Counted from the first letter of the stretch, positions 16,356 to 25,612 are shown. The stretch: 32,000 nucleotides of DNA from Rosenbergiella gaditana (GCF_018494065.1 NZ_JABBFR010000001.1:248205-280204); one strand, 5' to 3'. Numbers and translations are program-made. Notes: generated by a model from the sequence alone, not told the origin.

Positions 16356-16595
16356 ATGAAAATCTTATCTACCGTAAAATCAAAAATCGCTGTTGCTTCA
16401 ACTGCACTTTTTGTTTCTGCAAGCTGTTTCGCAGCGGGTGAAGGTGCATCTACTGATTATGCCGGGCAGGCTATGGACTCTCTGTTAACTCAGGCTAACG
16501 ATCTTATTGCTAAAGTCTGGCCTGTTGTAGTCGCTGTTGTCGGAGCTGGTCTGGCTATCCGTCTTTTCAAAAAGTTCTCCTCAAAAGCTGTTTAA
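16356..16595 (+). CDS. gVIII: major coat protein (pVIII homologue)
   Basis: Signal peptide ending ..CFA. The mature part has an acidic N-terminus, a hydrophobic core and the basic tail [12 protein letters not shown] (f1: IKLFKKFTSKAS). Confidence 0.9.
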   Translation: MKILSTVKSKIAVASTALFVSASCFAAGEGASTDYAGQAMDSLLTQANDLIAKVWPVVVAVVGAGLAIRLFKKFSSKAV

Positions 16596-16603
16596 TATCT
16601 ATC

Positions 16604-16622
16604 AGGGGCACTTGCTGCCCCT
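16604..16622 (+). terminator. terminator after gVIII
   Basis: AGGGGCA-cttgc-TGCCCCT followed by TT. This is the same position as the Ff post-gVIII terminator. Confidence 0.55.
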
Positions 16623-16642
16623 TTAAATTAAAGCGGGCCATT

Positions 16643-17872
16643 ATGAAAAGGGAAATATTATTTCTTTCCGCTCTTTGTTTACCTTCATTTTCACATGCTG
16701 ACTCATGGGAAAGCGTTTCTAAATCTACCTATCAAAGCTCTGCATATTCAGAAAGCAAGCAAATAGTAAATCAGGATGGTACTCAAACCACTGTATATTA
16801 TATTGATGCCGCTATGCAGTCCTCAGCTTGTCAGGCTGCTAAAGACAGTGCTAAAAGTGTATTTGAACAGGTCAAAGTAACCTATCAGGGCGTTTGGCCT
16901 GATTCTGAATTTCGTCTCGTTACGGCTGATGCTTGTACTTATAATGGTTCTCCCGGCCAGCAAGATAAATTCTGGTCTTTAGCTGCTTATATCGTTGGCG
17001 ATATTCAACGCACTATTCCCGATGAAAAACCTTCCGAACCTACGCCAGAAGAAATTTGTGAAGCAAAACCACCTGAAAATGGTGTGTTCAATAATGTCTA
17101 TTCTGATTCTGGTGATCGTTATATTTATTATAATGGCTGCGAGTACGAAGCCACTGGCGTTATTGTTTGCCAGAGTGATAGCTCTGTTTGCGCTGCAACG
17201 TGGAAGCCAACCGGAACGGTAGCGGACTCATCCGATAAACCTTCTTCTCCTGCTGGCGATGGCGGTGACACCGGAGGAGATGAGGCGGATAGTGGCGATA
17301 ATGGAGGTAGCGATACAGGCGGCAGTTCTGGCAGTAGTAATGGTTCAAATCTTACCAAAGATGATATTCAGTCAGCTATGGAGGGCGCTTCGCCTAAAGT
17401 CGCCAGTGAAATTTATGACAAGCTAACGGAAAAAGATACCTCATCTGATGATAAAAAAACGTCTGATGAACAGACTAAAAATAATATAAATCGTCTTGGT
17501 GACTCTATAAATAATCTTACCCGTGGTGCTGCGCGTTTTGCTGACGCTTCCGGTGGTGACTCCCGTTATGGAAAAGGTGACTCTGAATTAGATAGTGCTT
17601 CAAATTTGGCAGAATCTGAATTAGGGATAGCTAAAGAATCTCATGGGGCATTATGGGAAGCATTTTTAAATAAAGGTGCGATGCTGCCTAATTTACCTAA
17701 TGGTAATGGTTGTTCTGACTTAATTATTTTTCCAGGAGAGGTTTATCAAATTGATATCGAATGCGATAAATTACTTTCTATTAAAGATGCACTTTCATGG
17801 ATCTTTTACTGCCTTACATTTTGGTATGTATTTACATCTTTAACTTCATTACTTCGTAAAGGGGATGAGTAA
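16643..17872 (+). CDS. gIII: minor coat/adsorption protein (pIII-like)
   Basis: Signal peptide, Cys-rich N-domains, a Gly/Ser/Asp-rich linker ([31 protein letters not shown]) and a hydrophobic C-terminal anchor. Confidence 0.8.
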   Translation: MKREILFLSALCLPSFSHADSWESVSKSTYQSSAYSESKQIVNQDGTQTTVYYIDAAMQSSACQAAKDSAKSVFEQVKVTYQGVWPDSEFRLVTADACTYNGSPGQQDKFWSLAAYIVGDIQRTIPDEKPSEPTPEEICEAKPPENGVFNNVYSDSGDRYIYYNGCEYEATGVIVCQSDSSVCAATWKPTGTVADSSDKPSSPAGDGGDTGGDEADSGDNGGSDTGGSSGSSNGSNLTKDDIQSAMEGASPKVASEIYDKLTEKDTSSDDKKTSDEQTKNNINRLGDSINNLTRGAARFADASGGDSRYGKGDSELDSASNLAESELGIAKESHGALWEAFLNKGAMLPNLPNGNGCSDLIIFPGEVYQIDIECDKLLSIKDALSWIFYCLTFWYVFTSLTSLLRKGDE

Positions 17873-18213
17873 TGCCTTTCTTATTGGGTATTCCAGCACT
17901 GTTACGTTTTCTTATTGGTCTTGTTCCTTTATTGATTGGCTATGTGGCGAGTTTTATTGCTCGCCTTGCAACTAAAACAGGGTTGATTGCTTTTGCACTT
18001 GTTGCATTAATTACAACTACTGTGACGCTCTTAATGCAATATCTTGCCGAGGTTATGTACAACGGTCTTCCTGCTGATTTTTCCCATTTAATGGCATCTG
18101 TATTACCTGACCATTTTCAGGCTTGCATTAATGTCATTATGGTTACTCGTATTAGTGTTTTCGTCTTCGACTTAAAACAAAAATTCCTTGATTATGCGAA
18201 TAGGGTTATATAA
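17872..18213 (+). CDS. gVI: minor coat protein pVI homologue
   Basis: [14 protein letters not shown].. compared with f1 MPVLLGIPLLLRFL... 113 aa, with a TAATG overlap with gIII. Confidence 0.85.
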   Translation: MPFLLGIPALLRFLIGLVPLLIGYVASFIARLATKTGLIAFALVALITTTVTLLMQYLAEVMYNGLPADFSHLMASVLPDHFQACINVIMVTRISVFVFDLKQKFLDYANRVI

Positions 18214-19308
18214 ATGGCGGTTCATGTTGTAACAGGTAAATTAGGCTCAGGTAAAACACTGGTCAGCGTGTCCAGAATACAGGAAAGATTAGCTAAGGGA
18301 TGTCCTGTTGCCACCAATTTAGACCTTAAATTACATAATATGCCGATGGTAGGTCGCTATGCAAAAAAAACGCGCGTCATTCGCATTCCTGATAAACCAT
18401 CGTTAAATGATTTATTGGCAATTGGCATAGGCAATACGTCTTATGATGAATCCCGTAATGGTCTTTTAGTGCTTGATGAATGTGGTACTTGGTTTAATTC
18501 CCGTTCATGGGGCGACAAGGATAGACAACCTGTTATTGACTGGTTTTTACATGCCCGTAAATTAGGTTGGGACATCATATTTCTCATCCAGGATGTTTCC
18601 ATCATGGATAAACAGGCGCGATTAGCTCTTGCTGAACATGTTGTTTATTGTCGTCGATCGGATAAATTAAATATACCTATTATTGGCTCTCTTATTAATC
18701 TTCTTTCAGGTTCACGTTTCTCTTTACTAAAGGTACATTTTGGTATTGTTAAATATGGCGACAATGTAAATTCAATCACTGTTGACAAATGGATATATAC
18801 TGGTAAATCTCTTTACTCCGCTTATAACACCAAGCAGACTTTCACAGACAATTATTCTCTCGGTGCTTACTCATATCTACCTCCTTTCATCACTCATGGT
18901 CAGTTTTCAGTTAATAGAGGATTTAAATACCATATGCGCCTGACGAAAATTTATTTTCGCAAATCCAATCGATTAATATTAATACTTTCATTTCTGATAT
19001 TGGGGCTTGGAATAGGTTTCTGGCTAAAATCCGAGGAGATTACTAATCAAACTTCGGCTATTAAATCTGTTAGAGCTGAACAGGCGAGGGCGGTAACGCC
19101 TAATAATGCCGATGATTTACCGAGACTTTCTATCAACTCTTTCACTCAACTTGGTTTTGATGTTTCCGTTACCTTTATTGATGCTAGGGGTATGAAATAC
19201 CAGTATTTTGATTTAATCAAAGATGGTTATTCCGTTGATATTAAAGATCCTTGCCGGATTGACATCAGAAAAGACCGTTATTTACAGACTGTAACTTGTC
19301 AGGAGTAA
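18214..19308 (+). CDS. gI: assembly ATPase pI (Zot family)
   Basis: MAVHVVTGKLGSGKTLVSV (Walker A), LLVLDECGTWFNSRSW, IDWFLHARKLGWDIIFLIQD and LAEHVVYCRR are nearly identical to f1 pI blocks. Confidence 0.92.
   Translation: MAVHVVTGKLGSGKTLVSVSRIQERLAKGCPVATNLDLKLHNMPMVGRYAKKTRVIRIPDKPSLNDLLAIGIGNTSYDESRNGLLVLDECGTWFNSRSWGDKDRQPVIDWFLHARKLGWDIIFLIQDVSIMDKQARLALAEHVVYCRRSDKLNIPIIGSLINLLSGSRFSLLKVHFGIVKYGDNVNSITVDKWIYTGKSLYSAYNTKQTFTDNYSLGAYSYLPPFITHGQFSVNRGFKYHMRLTKIYFRKSNRLILILSFLILGLGIGFWLKSEEITNQTSAIKSVRAEQARAVTPNNADDLPRLSINSFTQLGFDVSVTFIDARGMKYQYFDLIKDGYSVDIKDPCRIDIRKDRYLQTVTCQE
18934..19308 (+). CDS. gXI: putative pXI (internal in-frame start at Met241 of pI)
   Basis: MRLTKIYFRK aligns with f1 pXI start MKLTKIYLKK, at the same codon number. 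This is an inference by analogy. Confidence 0.4.
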   Translation: MRLTKIYFRKSNRLILILSFLILGLGIGFWLKSEEITNQTSAIKSVRAEQARAVTPNNADDLPRLSINSFTQLGFDVSVTFIDARGMKYQYFDLIKDGYSVDIKDPCRIDIRKDRYLQTVTCQE

Positions 19309-19315
19309 TATTACA

Positions 19316-20395
19316 ATGCGCTCACTTCTTATTGTTTTTTTATTTTTTTGTTCATTTTGTATTTCTGCTGAAACTGTTAATCTCAATAATTCATCTGTTC
19401 GTTCTTTTGTACAATGGTATTCATCAAAAACGGGTAAGCCCGTTATAGTTAATCCGGATGTTAAAGGAGCCGTGACAGTTTTTAATGCAGATGTAAATCC
19501 GACCAATATTGATGATTTTTTTAAATCAGTATTAAATGCCAACGGCTTTGTGATGCTTTCCGGTAATCCTGCTTTGGTATCTTTGCCGTCTAAACTACCA
19601 TCACAGATGGCGGCTGAACCAGATGATACAGATAATAATCTTTATGATGCCATACAATCCGATTCATCTTCTCAACCCGTTTCTGTGGCTTTTACCGTCA
19701 GAAATTTTAAGCTGACAAAAGTACGATCGTCTGATATTCAGCAACTGGTAAAAATTTACCTCGATTCTAATGGCGGGGGGAATGTCGTCGACTATCCCGG
19801 CAATAATTCGCTTCTCGTTTCTGCGCCGGACGAATTACTGCCAGTTCTGACTGATTTTATCAATTCCGTAGACGTTGCTCGTGATCAGGTTTTAATTCAG
19901 TCTCTGATGTTTGAAACCAGCTTGTCCGATGGTGTTGATTTGTCGTTTGCTGCGGGTTCTGCATCTGGGCATAAGGTAGCAGGGGGCTTTAATACTTCGG
20001 CGTTGGGTAGTGCATTGTCGACGGCGGGCGGCTCTTTTGGCATTTTTGATGGTAATGTACTGGCCTTATCCTTGCGTGCGGTACAGAGTAACTCCCGCTC
20101 TAAGGTGATTTCGACGCCCCGAATTCTTACCCAGTCTGGCCAGACCGGGTACATTTCTGTTGGTAAAAATGTACCCTTTATCACAGGCAAGGTTACGGGT
20201 GAATCCGCTGGGGTAAATAATCCATTCCAGACTATCGAACGTCATGATGTTGGCGTGTCTCTAAAGGTGACGCCTGTTGTCATGGGGAACGGTCAGCTTG
20301 TTCTTACGATTGATACCCGCGCTGACTCAATTAGCAATGATGAACAGGCATCCGATATTATTACTAATGATTTACCAACGATAAAGGGCGAGTGA
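19316..20395 (+). pseudogene. gIV: secretin pIV homologue, C-terminally truncated
   Basis: Collinear with f1 pIV up to ..ADSISNDEQASDIITN (about 20368), e.g. NVPFITGKVTGESAGVNNPFQTIERHDVGVS. It then diverges (DLPTIKGE*) and lacks the final secretin-domain segment (f1: QRSIATTVNLRDGQTLLLGGL...). Confidence 0.75.
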
Positions 20396-20444
20396 TGGGA
20401 TGAACAAGCCTGAGTGGTGAAGTCAGGCCGTTCATTTACTGCAT

Positions 20445-20552
20445 TTGATTCTGGTTCGTCTGGAGAAACGGGTAACGTAGAATCATCATCGATAGTAGCC
20501 AGTTGACGACCAGTGTCAACGAATCACGGCACATTCCATCTACATGCGCATT
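20445..20552. repeat. att-proximal tail repeat, copy 2 (pairs with 9203-9309)
   Basis: See copy 1. This copy ends ...CATGCGCATT immediately before the dif XerC arm. Confidence 0.85.
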
Positions 20553-20580
20553 GGTGCGCATAATGTATATTATGTTAAAT
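20553..20580 (+). other. dif: chromosomal dif site (XerC/XerD dimer-resolution site)
   Basis: GGTGCGCATAATGTATATTATGTTAAAT is a 28/28 match to the E. coli dif consensus. Confidence 0.9.
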
Positions 20581-21156
20581 TGCATTTGTGGTTTATAAGT
20601 CAGTTATTTTACCCTAGCTCCTATAGCCGCTTCGTCATTCCTTAGGTTCTATTCAAGCTATCGTTAACGCCACCCTATTCACCGAATACTGTACTTCGCC
20701 CAATGAGCTTTCTCAGTACGCAATTGTTGATATAGAGAATTACTCAACGAAAAATTTCTTTGAACCTCTAATGGACAAGTTTACTGCGCTGGAAGATAAT
20801 CCAGTGAGTGAACCTTGACATGATAGTTTTTCAGTTTCCGGTATTGGCGACAAGTTACCCTATAACTCGACTCAAGTAACAACACGCGCTAAAGGCTTTA
20901 ACCTGTCATGCATTTTTTGTTTAAGGTAAATTTAACAAACCATATTTGGCTAAACGCTTTACTGTAAAACCTGCGTCATTCTTCATTAGCATGACAAACG
21001 GGATTATAGAGTGCGTGTTTGATAAACTCGCACTGATAGTCAACAGTATTTTGTCGTACCAAAGATATTGACTGAAGTGGATACGCAAGTAAGAACGCCT
21101 ATACCTCCTATTCTTTAGGATCCTTGCCCTCCCCTAACGATCCTTTAATAGTAGAG

Positions 21157-22461
21157 TTACCCTAGTCGAGCAATACGTTGTCGTGCATCAGCTAAATGCG
21201 TCGCTAATGCAGTAAGACAAGGCATAAAATTATCGGAGAATTGATTACACTCGCGGGCCAGCCTTAAAAACTCTTCAGCCATTTGCAGTGCCTCGTGCCA
21301 ACTCAGTTCGTCAATCGTATCAAGTAAAGTAGCTGGTCGTAGCGTATTTACCCGTTCGCCTCCTGATTTCGGCGCAAAGCCCATCGGTAGCATATCGTAA
21401 GCCGGTGCGAGCTGGTAAGGCCGACCATGATCACTGATAAAAGATAAATTCCCATGGTGCATATCGGTGTTACCGATCAGTACACCAAATGCCCAGAGTT
21501 TTGCCGCTTCTTGCACCGCGCTGGGAACAACATGTTGCTGGGTGGCGAGCTCTTTAACGAGATTTGGCCAAGGCTCTCTGGCTCGTCCAATAAATTCCGC
21601 CTCCAACGCGCGTAATGAGAAAATACCTATCCGGCCAAGTTCATTTTGGCGATCAAAGCGAGGAATTTCTAAAAATCGTTGTGTGCCTAAATCAATCACT
21701 GTCGTTTCAACACCCAGCACCTGTAAGGCCAAATGCTCAGCCAATAGCAGATCACGCCAACGTTCACTCACTGGATTATCTTCCAGCGCAGTAAACTTGA
21801 CCAGTACATGACCGCGTTCGCTGTAAGTACAGAATTTAGGTTGCTCTCCACCTGCTGATGAGCCTGGTACCTCGCCCGAACTGGTCGATAAGGCAAGTTG
21901 CGGATAGTGCTGGTCACGGTCTATCGGTCTAGGAATTGGCATCGCTAAAAATTGTGTTTTCGCCCTTTCACCAATCAATAAGTTACCCACGCTATCATGA
22001 CCATGGACTAATAAGGCTCTAATCACTTCGTCGTCTTGCCAATCTTCCGGATTCGATGACAAGCGTAACTCAGTTGAAAAAGCCGCCGCAAACGCACGGC
22101 CAAGATAACCTTGCGGTCGCATATCAAATAGCCACCAAGGCAGTCCATCACTATGGTTTGCTCTCCCATCAGCTTGGTGCATCACAAATCCATGCGGGTA
22201 TACCGGAATGAGGTTACCCAACAATCTGATTTTTCCTTGGTCAGAAATTCGGTAGATCGGTGCAATACGAAACCCACGATAAGGATGTATTAAGGCGTAA
22301 TGAATAGAAGGCCCTGCACCTATTCTGATAATTTCACTCTCCATGCTTTTAAGTGCACGAGAGAGCGTTGGCTGACTAACCTTAATATTATCAGTAAGTT
22401 GCCTAACCGTCATTGGCGATTGTTGAAGGTAATAACGTATGGCTTCTGCGCGATTTTTCAT
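21157..22461 (-). CDS. HipA-family Ser/Thr kinase with fused N-terminal HTH (YjjJ/HipH-like)
   Basis: The N-terminal MTVRQLTDNIKVSQPTLSRALK is an HTH. HipA motifs follow: SSAGGEQPKF, PRFDR, GNTDMHHGNLSF, APAYDMLPM. Confidence 0.8.
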   Translation of the reverse strand: MKNRAEAIRYYLQQSPMTVRQLTDNIKVSQPTLSRALKSMESEIIRIGAGPSIHYALIHPYRGFRIAPIYRISDQGKIRLLGNLIPVYPHGFVMHQADGRANHSDGLPWWLFDMRPQGYLGRAFAAAFSTELRLSSNPEDWQDDEVIRALLVHGHDSVGNLLIGERAKTQFLAMPIPRPIDRDQHYPQLALSTSSGEVPGSSAGGEQPKFCTYSERGHVLVKFTALEDNPVSERWRDLLLAEHLALQVLGVETTVIDLGTQRFLEIPRFDRQNELGRIGIFSLRALEAEFIGRAREPWPNLVKELATQQHVVPSAVQEAAKLWAFGVLIGNTDMHHGNLSFISDHGRPYQLAPAYDMLPMGFAPKSGGERVNTLRPATLLDTIDELSWHEALQMAEEFLRLARECNQFSDNFMPCLTALATHLADARQRIARLG

Positions 22462-22476
22462 GGGTACGCACCAATT

Positions 22477-22507
22477 TGAATAGATTAATGAATAGCTTTT
22501 TGAATAG
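22477..22507. promoter_or_regulatory. three TGAATAG direct repeats with exact 12-bp phasing upstream of the HTH-HipA gene
   Basis: TGAATAG at 22477, 22489 and 22501. The repeats lie 16-46 nt upstream of the start codon (22461, minus strand). Confidence 0.4.
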
Positions 22508-22666
22508 ATAACCTATCATGCGTGCGGGGGAATGTCACCTTAATGGCCGTTCTCTACGCATGAAGCGCGTAACCCACGATAGTCCAGATCCTGATGGCAA
22601 CGTGCATGCCGCGCTTACCGGCAAACTGCAGTAATCCAATTTATTTTTAGCCGTAAACCGATCACC

Positions 22667-23161
22667 TTAAGTAGACGAACGAAATGCCACGCTATCCCAA
22701 TACCCTGCAAGAGTCTTTTGGTAAACGGCAATCGCCTCGGTTGGGGGATGATTGATTATTAAGCTCAGTAACAAATCACTCGCCAGCGAAGCTTTATTCA
22801 AGGCCATTGCACAGAGCGCATAAAAAGGAATAATTTCGCTGCGTTCAGGGTAACGTGCTAACAACCTTTTGAAGAGTGTCTCAGCCTCAGAGAGTTTACC
22901 TAAACACCGGGCAGTACACGCAAGACCAAAAGTAGCCTCAAATTCATCATCGGCGCTAAGCGGTTCACTCAGTGCCCGCTGATAATAGTCGAAGGCCTGC
23001 TCCTCTCTTCCTTCATTATCATAAGCCCAAGCAATATGTAGAAAGAGTAGCCCTTTAACAGAGGCGGTCGTCAGTAATGAAAAAAGCCTTTGCCGGCTTT
23101 GTGTATAGTGCTTATTTTTTCGTAGTGTTATCGCATAGGGCAGCAGGTGCGCATCTGTCAT
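22667..23161 (-). CDS. tetratricopeptide-repeat protein
   Basis: 164 aa. Repeated A..YY..AL / A..L...L helical-pair patterns (AWAYDNEGREEQAFDYYQRAL, LGKLSEAETLFKRLLARYP). Confidence 0.6.
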   Translation of the reverse strand: MTDAHLLPYAITLRKNKHYTQSRQRLFSLLTTASVKGLLFLHIAWAYDNEGREEQAFDYYQRALSEPLSADDEFEATFGLACTARCLGKLSEAETLFKRLLARYPERSEIIPFYALCAMALNKASLASDLLLSLIINHPPTEAIAVYQKTLAGYWDSVAFRSST

Positions 23162-23239
23162 ACTATCGGTAACTCAATTCAATGAGGGTTACCGATAGCT
23201 TAGCGCTTCTGTGCTTTTTTGTCTAAGATAATGGAATTT

Positions 23240-24289
23240 TTATGCGGAGATACGGGTGATTAGCCGTTGGAGCTTTTCGCTGAACTCCACTGCATGAAAG
23301 TGGCTAATTTCTCTGCCCACCACCACCGTTTCAGCAAGGGTCTGCATAGGCGGCCAGCGGGTTTTAAAATTAGAGTAGATTGCTAAGACGGGTACCTTAT
23401 AAGCACTGGCCATATGCACGATCGACGTGTCGGGAGAAATCGTTAAAAAGGCATTGCGTACCACCGCGGCGCTACGGAGAATAGAAGGCTCGAGCGATAA
23501 GATATAGATGTTTTGCCATTCAGCCACACGTTTTTTAGTCTGCTCACTCATTTTCGGGCTATGCACTATCACGACGGGTAAGGGGGTCACCTGCTGGATA
23601 AGCGAGAGTAACTGATCAGCTGCTGCCGGTGAAAAAGTTCGTTCTGCCACACTCCCTTCTAGGTTCAACGCAATATAGGGGCCTAATGCGTTGATTTCTG
23701 AATCAACTTCCCGCGACGTCGCTTCGGGAATGGGTAGTTCGAAACCGGCCTCCACCACCGGAAACCCTGCTTCGCGCATTAGAATAGACCACGTCATGGG
23801 GACAGGAGCACGAAATTTTTGGTCCATACGCGAAGCAATACGGCAATAGGGCGAAAAACAGCGCATCTTTAGTCCTACGGCTTGTAAATTAGCCTTCGCA
23901 CGTAAGGTGTTCACAAAAAGTAAGGTTTTAAGATTTTTTTTACGCATCGCCTCAATACAGAGATCGGGTGTACCGTACTCTGCGCGGATCTGCTGGGCCA
24001 ATGCCTTGATTTCACTGTAACGGGCGACATCCTGAAACTGAGTGGTCATTACGGTTAAACGGGTGTTAGATAATGTTAACGCCTCGAACACATGATGATT
24101 AAGGGTTGAGGCGATAATGATGAGATGCGCGATCTGTTGCTTTTCTAAAGAACGAATAAGTGGGTAGGTCGCCATGGCATCGCCGATTTGATCGGGGATA
24201 TGCAATACTACGGTATGGATATTTTTGGCAACCAAAGGCTGTGGTTTATAGTCGAAAAAGCGAAAGGCTAAATTTCTCAATATGGACAT
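23240..24289 (-). CDS. glycosyltransferase family 9 (heptosyltransferase-like)
   Basis: 349 aa. N-terminal IGDAMATYPLIRSL and C-terminal ISPDTSIVHMASAYKVPVLAIY resemble GT9 signatures. Confidence 0.65.
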   Translation of the reverse strand: MSILRNLAFRFFDYKPQPLVAKNIHTVVLHIPDQIGDAMATYPLIRSLEKQQIAHLIIIASTLNHHVFEALTLSNTRLTVMTTQFQDVARYSEIKALAQQIRAEYGTPDLCIEAMRKKNLKTLLFVNTLRAKANLQAVGLKMRCFSPYCRIASRMDQKFRAPVPMTWSILMREAGFPVVEAGFELPIPEATSREVDSEINALGPYIALNLEGSVAERTFSPAAADQLLSLIQQVTPLPVVIVHSPKMSEQTKKRVAEWQNIYILSLEPSILRSAAVVRNAFLTISPDTSIVHMASAYKVPVLAIYSNFKTRWPPMQTLAETVVVGREISHFHAVEFSEKLQRLITRISA

Positions 24290-24442
24290 TTTTGTATTCT
24301 ACCAAGCTATTATACTTTTAGTATCGGAATTACATAATTGACCGCGCTAAGCATAAAATGTTCAACACACTATACACAGTAGTTTCAAACTTTAAGTATT
24401 TAATAAAATCAGGTGAGAGAAGCTTCCCCCACCTGAAATCTA

Positions 24443-25612
24443 TTACTGATGAGTGGCGGTATGTTTGGGCAGTGCAAATCCTATTAGACCTGCAGTCACT
24501 AACATAAGCCCGCCACATAGCGTTATGGGTGCGAGGATCCCTTGGCCATCGAGTAGTAATCCTCCCAGCGCAGCCCCCAAGGTATTGGCAAACTGTATCA
24601 CCGCCACCTGTACTGCCCCGGCATTCTCCGCTTGATGAGACAGATTACGAGCAATCCAAGTAGACCATGCGACGGGAATAAAACCGAAAGTAAGTCCCCA
24701 CAGAACCATAATCATCGACGCAACCCATGGGATATGGCCAAAGATAATGAAAAGCCCCGCGCAGAAGAAAAGTGTGGTAGGCGCAAGAAATAACGTCCGC
24801 ATTAAATGTTTTTTTAAGACGATCGCAGAACAAGATGTACCGATAAAATTGGCAATCCCAAATCCTAAAAAAATGAGTGTGAGCTGGTTGACATCTAACT
24901 CGGAAACCGTGGCCAAAAGTGGGCGAATATAGGTGAAGAAAGAAAACTGCCCACAAAAAGTCAGGAATATGGCCAACATCGCAACCATGACGCCAGTTTG
25001 CTTAAAGATCCCTAGCATGGATTCTTTTTCTACCGATGAATCACGCATTGCGGGTAACACCTTCATTAACCACACACTGCAGACCCCTCCTAGCACTGCC
25101 GCGCCGATAAATACGTTTCGCCAGCCAATAATATTTCCCAAAAAACTGCCAATGGGTGCAGCAATGACCATCGCAATGGATACACCGCCAAACACCACAG
25201 AAAGTGCTTTGGCTAACGCATGGGGAGGAACGAGTTTCATGGTGACCGAAGCCGCCAGCGCCCAAAATCCGCCCAGTGCAATACCCAATACTACACGCCC
25301 ACCTAAAAGTAAGAAAAAGTTAGTGGAGAATGCGACAATTAAACTGGACAAGGAGAGTAATATCGCAAAGGCAATGACCACATAACGGCGATCGGTGTTC
25401 TTTATTAATGATGTAATAATGATACTGGCAAACATGGCCACTAACGCCGTGGTTGTTACGGTTTGCCCGGCTGCCCCCTCACTGATATGAAGATCTGCTG
25501 CCATCGGCGTAAGTAAACTTACCGGTAAAAACTCTGCGGTAATTAAACAGGCCACACAAAATGCAATAGCGAACACTGCAGGCCAGTTTGGTCTCTGCGA
25601 AGAGTAAGACAT
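24443..25612 (-). CDS. nepI: MFS transporter, purine ribonucleoside efflux pump NepI-like
   Basis: RPNWPAVFAIAFCVACLITAEFLPVSLLTPMAADLHISEGAAGQ and later blocks are collinear with E. coli NepI as remembered. Confidence 0.8.
   Translation of the reverse strand: MSYSSQRPNWPAVFAIAFCVACLITAEFLPVSLLTPMAADLHISEGAAGQTVTTTALVAMFASIIITSLIKNTDRRYVVIAFAILLSLSSLIVAFSTNFFLLLGGRVVLGIALGGFWALAASVTMKLVPPHALAKALSVVFGGVSIAMVIAAPIGSFLGNIIGWRNVFIGAAVLGGVCSVWLMKVLPAMRDSSVEKESMLGIFKQTGVMVAMLAIFLTFCGQFSFFTYIRPLLATVSELDVNQLTLIFLGFGIANFIGTSCSAIVLKKHLMRTLFLAPTTLFFCAGLFIIFGHIPWVASMIMVLWGLTFGFIPVAWSTWIARNLSHQAENAGAVQVAVIQFANTLGAALGGLLLDGQGILAPITLCGGLMLVTAGLIGFALPKHTATHQ

Larger units (their letters stand above)
13029..20563. 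mobile_element. integrated Ff/M13-like filamentous prophage (Inoviridae), Xer/dif-integrated, probably defective
   Basis: Complete Ff gene order with strong protein similarity to f1/M13 pV, pVIII, pVI, pI and pIV. It is bounded by dif-like site 3 and by dif. Confidence 0.85.

Noticed and set aside
16995-17358. ORFs inside or antisense to gIII (16995..17222 +, 17128..17358 -, 17160..17348 -).
   Set aside because: They overlap the well-supported pIII gene, and the Gly/Ser/Asp-rich linker generates open alternative frames.
19282-19542. An 86-aa minus-strand ORF spanning the gI/gIV junction, and 19897..20190 minus inside gIV.
   Set aside because: They are antisense to strongly supported Ff genes and have no independent signal.
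24330-24518. A 62-aa minus ORF downstream of nepI.
   Set aside because: It overlaps the nepI 3' end and a hairpin (CAGGTG...CACCTG, about 24408-24436) that more likely serves as the nepI terminator.
24453-25385. Several ORFs overlapping nepI on either strand (24453..24635, 24645..24956, 24747..24932, 24933..25385, 25041..25265).
   Set aside because: The NepI frame has full-length homology. The others are alternative-frame artefacts of a hydrophobic-protein gene.
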